A DNA stretch of 64,000 bases from the human T2T-CHM13v2.0 reference genome, Homo sapiens: the NCBI RefSeq assembly GCF_009914755.1, contig NC_060930.1; one strand, 5' to 3'. This document shows positions 59,412 to 64,000 of the stretch, piece after piece. Below the pieces are notes generated by a model. The model was not told where the DNA came from. It searched no databases and saw only the letters and a list, made by a program, of their open reading frames with translations. Within the stretch, counting starts at the first letter, position 1; each line of letters opens with the position of its first letter. A program made the position numbers and the translations under genes.

Positions 59412-61999
59412 TATGGTATCAAAAAATGAAGAAATAAAACATCTGAGAAAAGCATTACATATAGGGATTAAGGTGCTTCCCTGAGCTGCGCTATTTACTG
59501 ATCAAACACACATCCCATCTAAATTTTCGTGATCTAGGATCGGAATGTGTAAGGGAAGATGCATAATTCATTTAATAAAATGGCATCCTTAGGCTCTTAC
59601 TTTTGATTCAAATATTTTTTTATGAAGTTGTATAAGGGTATATTTCTTCAACTTTAGCTTTTTAAAAAATGCCTTTTTGTTGCCTTCTCATGTGAAGACT
59701 TACTTAATCTGGTATAAAATTCTTGGCTAGGTACCTGTCTGCAAAACACTGTAGATGCAGTTGTATTTTCATTAGGATTTTACTGTTGTAGCATAATTCT
59801 GAAGTATTTTTATTGTTTTAAAACCACTATCTTATTTCTTTCTGTTTTTGTATTTGTGGACAAGGGTGGAGCTATACTTAACTTGGGTGATAGCCAACAA
59901 AGAAAATGCATTCTTCACTCTTTGGCCCACTTCATATGCCCTTCTGTAATGGCCGAATCCATTGCTCAGAGCTGGATGGCTAGTCCACGTACATGGTTTC
60001 TATCCAAACCCCAGAATCTATCCTCTAGGGATCTTCCACAGTTCTGAAGTGGACCTTATTGTTCTCCAATAGCCCAGTGCACTAAGTTCAGAACTGCTGG
60101 AATGTGTACAAAACTAGACACTGCTGCATAAACCACTACCCTAGCCTCTTCCTATCTGTTTTGCTTGTAGGGTTCCACTTGTGAGAGCTATACTCTGCAG
60201 GGGACAAAATATAACCATGTCCCCTCCTCCCTATTTCTCATTTAATTACTTTCTGAATACATACTAAAACAGATAGGTACTTGCAGAAGGGGTTTGCTTT
60301 GTTTGAAAAGCAAAATTTATACAATATATGAGTAGCTTCCAGTTCCCAGTTTAAAGAAACCTTTTATTTTGAGCCATGCAGCTTTTTACTTATTGCCTTA
60401 GGGCAAACTTAGCTCTATTTCCAAAAGTGTACATAGGTAAGCCACCAATTGCACTTGAAAATCTAGTTCCATCAATGGAGTGGGGGATAAGCATGTAGGA
60501 TAAAATGGTAATAGTAACATACAGGAGGTGGGTACGCAAGTGTCCATTAGAAAATTATCTTAACTGCTATAGTTTTGAAATTTTATGTAACTAAATGTAG
60601 GAAAACAATTCCAGAATTCCTCTCAAATTCTGGCAGTAAGCGACAATCAGTCTATATTATCCATACTACGAACAGATATCTCTTTGTGTGTCTTCATAGT
60701 CAATTTACTGGAAATTTTTGGAAGGTTGTGTCCAGGGCTGCTAGCCAGACACCACTTAAAATAGAAATCTCAGTATACCTTTGCAGTAATACATAGTTAT
60801 TTACTGAACCCAAACAGCATCCAAGATAGTCTTTTAGAAGTAATGGGAGGCTCATAATCTAATAAAGAATAGCCAAAGTAATTATACTAAATGTTCCCAC
60901 TAGCTAAAATAATACAGTAATGCAAAATTTAGTAGGTCATATGAAACATTCCAGGCAGTAAAGGAAGAGCTTATATAGCTCTTATGAATTATTTCAAATA
61001 ATGGCAAGTAATAATACAAATAAATAAATAAATGAAGCTCACCCCACAAAACTGGTATATCCCACATCAGGTATTTTTCTTGCCCATTTGAAATGTAAAC
61101 ATCCGGCACATATTTAGAAAGACACAGATATTTGACTTACAAAATATACAGCTTTATAAAAATAAAGACTTATTATTATCAAGGAAGGATGTGTATTTGG
61201 ACCTGTGCCACATGACACTTCCTTAAAAGAGCTAATATATACCTGGTCCCGAAATTAAAGATGGAAATAATCCACGTGTTCTTGTTTAGATATTATGAAA
61301 CAAAAGAGATACTGAACATGTATTTTCACTATAAATACTGGAGAATGGTCAGAATAATTTCATCATGCCTAGTAGAGATGGCTTTCTGGCCAGCCCCAGA
61401 TGAATATAAAATAGTTTTACAAACCATATTATTAAGTTACAAATCTGATTATTTCCCTTTTTAATTATTTCCTGTCTCACAACGGGAAAAAATAGATGTG
61501 CAACCTGGCTTACTGAGCACTGATCAACAAGGATGGGGTAATCCTCTTGAACTCTGATTTATGTATGTGACAATTTCATTCCTTATTCAAGAAGGTCCAA
61601 TGTTTCTGCTATACCTTAAAGATTATTGTCCTATGGACTTATCTAAACCTTCCTCTGAAAGTCTCCTTGGTGTGTTCACCACACTGATTTTTTTATTCTT
61701 ATTTTTTAAAAACAGCTCTGATTTTTCTAATCTCTTCTTCAATTAAGTTAAATCACCCTCACTTGTCTTTATTCCTATTTAATTTGCTAATCAATTTCAC
61801 TTTTTTATACAAAAACTATTTCTATCAATCATCTGGGACTTCAAGCAACTAGGTGTCCTGTCTTTACAGCATCAGCAATACTGAGCCTTTCACAGCCTCT
61901 GTTTAGTTTTCAGAGTGGCAGAATAGGAGATAAAGAGTCTTCTATTTGGGAAACTTAATGGACATGTTCTATAATCACTTGAGTGCTCTCTCTGCAGAC

Positions 62000-62500
62000 A
62001 GCACTACTCATCATCAAACAAGTCACATGGGACATACAAAGGAAAATGACAAGGTCTATGCACCCCCAAGAGGGGTGAATAAAATGAAGTATGGTGTATA
62101 GGCAATTAAGGAATACACACAGTGGAATCTATCAGTGAAAGTTCAGAGTAGGGGAGAATAATGTGAGCTAAAGCAGCCTAGAGAAAAATAGCATGAAGTC
62201 AGAGGACAGCGAGGAATGAAAGAGAATATGTCTAGCAGGAGTTTATGATCTGGTCAGAAAACAGTGGGAGGCAAAATTAGATGGACAGAGAACAACAACA
62301 TTATGGAGAACGAACAACATTATGGAGAACATTGGATGAAGAATTTGAACTTCCTGCAAGCAGTGGTAAACCTCTGCAGGTTCTGAGTACAGGAATCAAG
62401 AATGTTAAAAACAGTATTAAAAAAGTAGCTGCAATAGTCCATCTGTGAAGTGATGAGAGCCCGATAGGTAAAAGCTATCTCAGACATTTTAAGAATAAAA
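62000..62500 (-). mobile_element. L2 fragment
   Basis: gaatttgaacttcctgcaagcagtggtaaacctctgcagg, gctgcaatagtcca..tgaagtgatgagag. Confidence 0.55.
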
Positions 62501-63769
62501 TGTCACACACACAAAGTCACTAATATAAAATGAGTGAAATTTCATGAAACTATAGTTTAAAGGGCTCCTCTCTTCTTTTTGCTTAAAGGTACCCTACTGA
62601 GAACCTAGATACAAAAACAGGTTTTAACATGAACAAAGAAGTGTGAAACTTTGAGGAAGGTCTTTTGAATGATCAGAGTTCCTTTTAATTACAGTCAATG
62701 AAGTCAATAAATCTCTTTTCTCCTTTCCCCTTTTCTCTCCATCAATCTCTGCCTCTCTCTTTCTAACACTAATCTGAATGTACAAACATATCTAAATCCA
62801 GGTTGCCCTTCATTGCCAGTTTCTGATGAGTCATCTGGACTTCAGAATCAACATCCAGGAGCTCTGAGTAAATCACGCAGTACTGAAGAGTCCATGAGAA
62901 TAGACTCTGTTCTACTTCTCCCAATCTAAATGCTGTCAGATACTAATAACTTGGTTTCAATTCTATACTTAACAGTGCCAAGGTTTTGCTTTTATTTCAC
63001 TAGCAACATTTTTTTTTTAATCCAAATCACTGGTGTTGATTAATTAAAAAGAAAATTGAGACACCAGAAAGCAGGGTGCCAACAAATGCTGGGAACACTC
63101 TTGGACTACTCAGACACTGTCATTCCATCTCCTCCTCTGCAATGGAGAAAGATGTTTTCCCATCTCCTGTATAAAATGCTATTGCACCCCTATCTTGCAT
63201 CCAGATACACAAGTTGCAACATTGCTTCCAGACTCCTTAGCACTCACATTATTTAGAATTCATTCTATACCTGGCAACCTACATGAATAACATTTATGAC
63301 AGCTGAACATGTTATTTTACATTACTCTGAAGAATAACCCTAAGCATAAGGCATTACTTACAGTCAGATCAACAAATTAAGGAGAATGTATTTAAAATCC
63401 TATAAGGGTAAAAGAGAATTTGTACAAGTGGCCTTTGAAAATTAAAAAAATATATAAACATTAATTTTTTCCTTTAATCTGAAGCATTACCTTTCAAATA
63501 AATACCTCAAGGAATGCTTTTTAGTAGTCAAATATCTCATAATAAATGTCAGGAGCTTGTCTACAACACCTCTACTTTACCAGGTCCATCCCTAGCTTGA
63601 ATTGTTATAGTGTCTTTAGTTCCCTGATTCTTGCAACAAAATTGATTTGAATACATTGACTACTGATCTGTACGTAGGTAATTTCCCAAAAATTTATAGA
63701 AAAATTTTTTTTCAAGAAAGAGTGAATTATTTGAACTACTGGATTTATGCTCAGAATTATCATCATCAT

Positions 63770-63860
63770 TGTCGTCATCAGGATGTCCATTTTACAGATA
63801 AACATTTTCAGAAGAAAAGGCCAGATCAAAATAAAGAAGGTAGATATAAGCAGTTGACTT
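63770..63860 (-). mobile_element. MIR fragment
   Basis: ccattttacagataaa core. Confidence 0.45.
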
Positions 63861-64000
63861 TTCAGACTTAATTTTTCCTCAGTTTTCACACTAGACAATA
63901 CTTTTAAATTCACACAAAGGCTTAGTTTTCATTTTAAATAAATAGTTTTTTATTGGTAGGAATGATCTAATATCCCTTAAATGTGGAGGATTCATTATCC

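Overview
Primate (most likely human) genomic DNA: AT-rich, CpG-poor and dense in Alu, L1, L2, MIR, MaLR/ERV LTRs and MER DNA-transposon relics. It lies inside the receptor tyrosine phosphatase kappa gene (PTPRK), transcribed on the minus strand. Four coding exons of the fibronectin type III region can be placed exactly by GT-AG boundaries and a continuous reading frame: 13113-12811 (303 nt), 6945-6836 (110 nt), 5759-5558 (202 nt) and 2039-1934 (106 nt). These are conventionally exons 8-11 (numbering from memory). Everything above 13113 is part of one very large upstream intron (intron 7). The other ORFs in the track are repeat-derived, antisense shadows or chance. I cannot support a wholly new biological system here. 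The best leads are: an Alu arrangement around the symmetric, stop-free 303-nt exon (possible circRNA with an endless ORF); plus-strand splice and polyA signals suggesting an antisense transcript; an intact solo ERV1 LTR; an unexplained ~100-bp local duplication next to a Tigger end; and an Alu inserted into a hairpin loop. Repeat subfamily names are recognised from memory, not from a RepeatMasker run.
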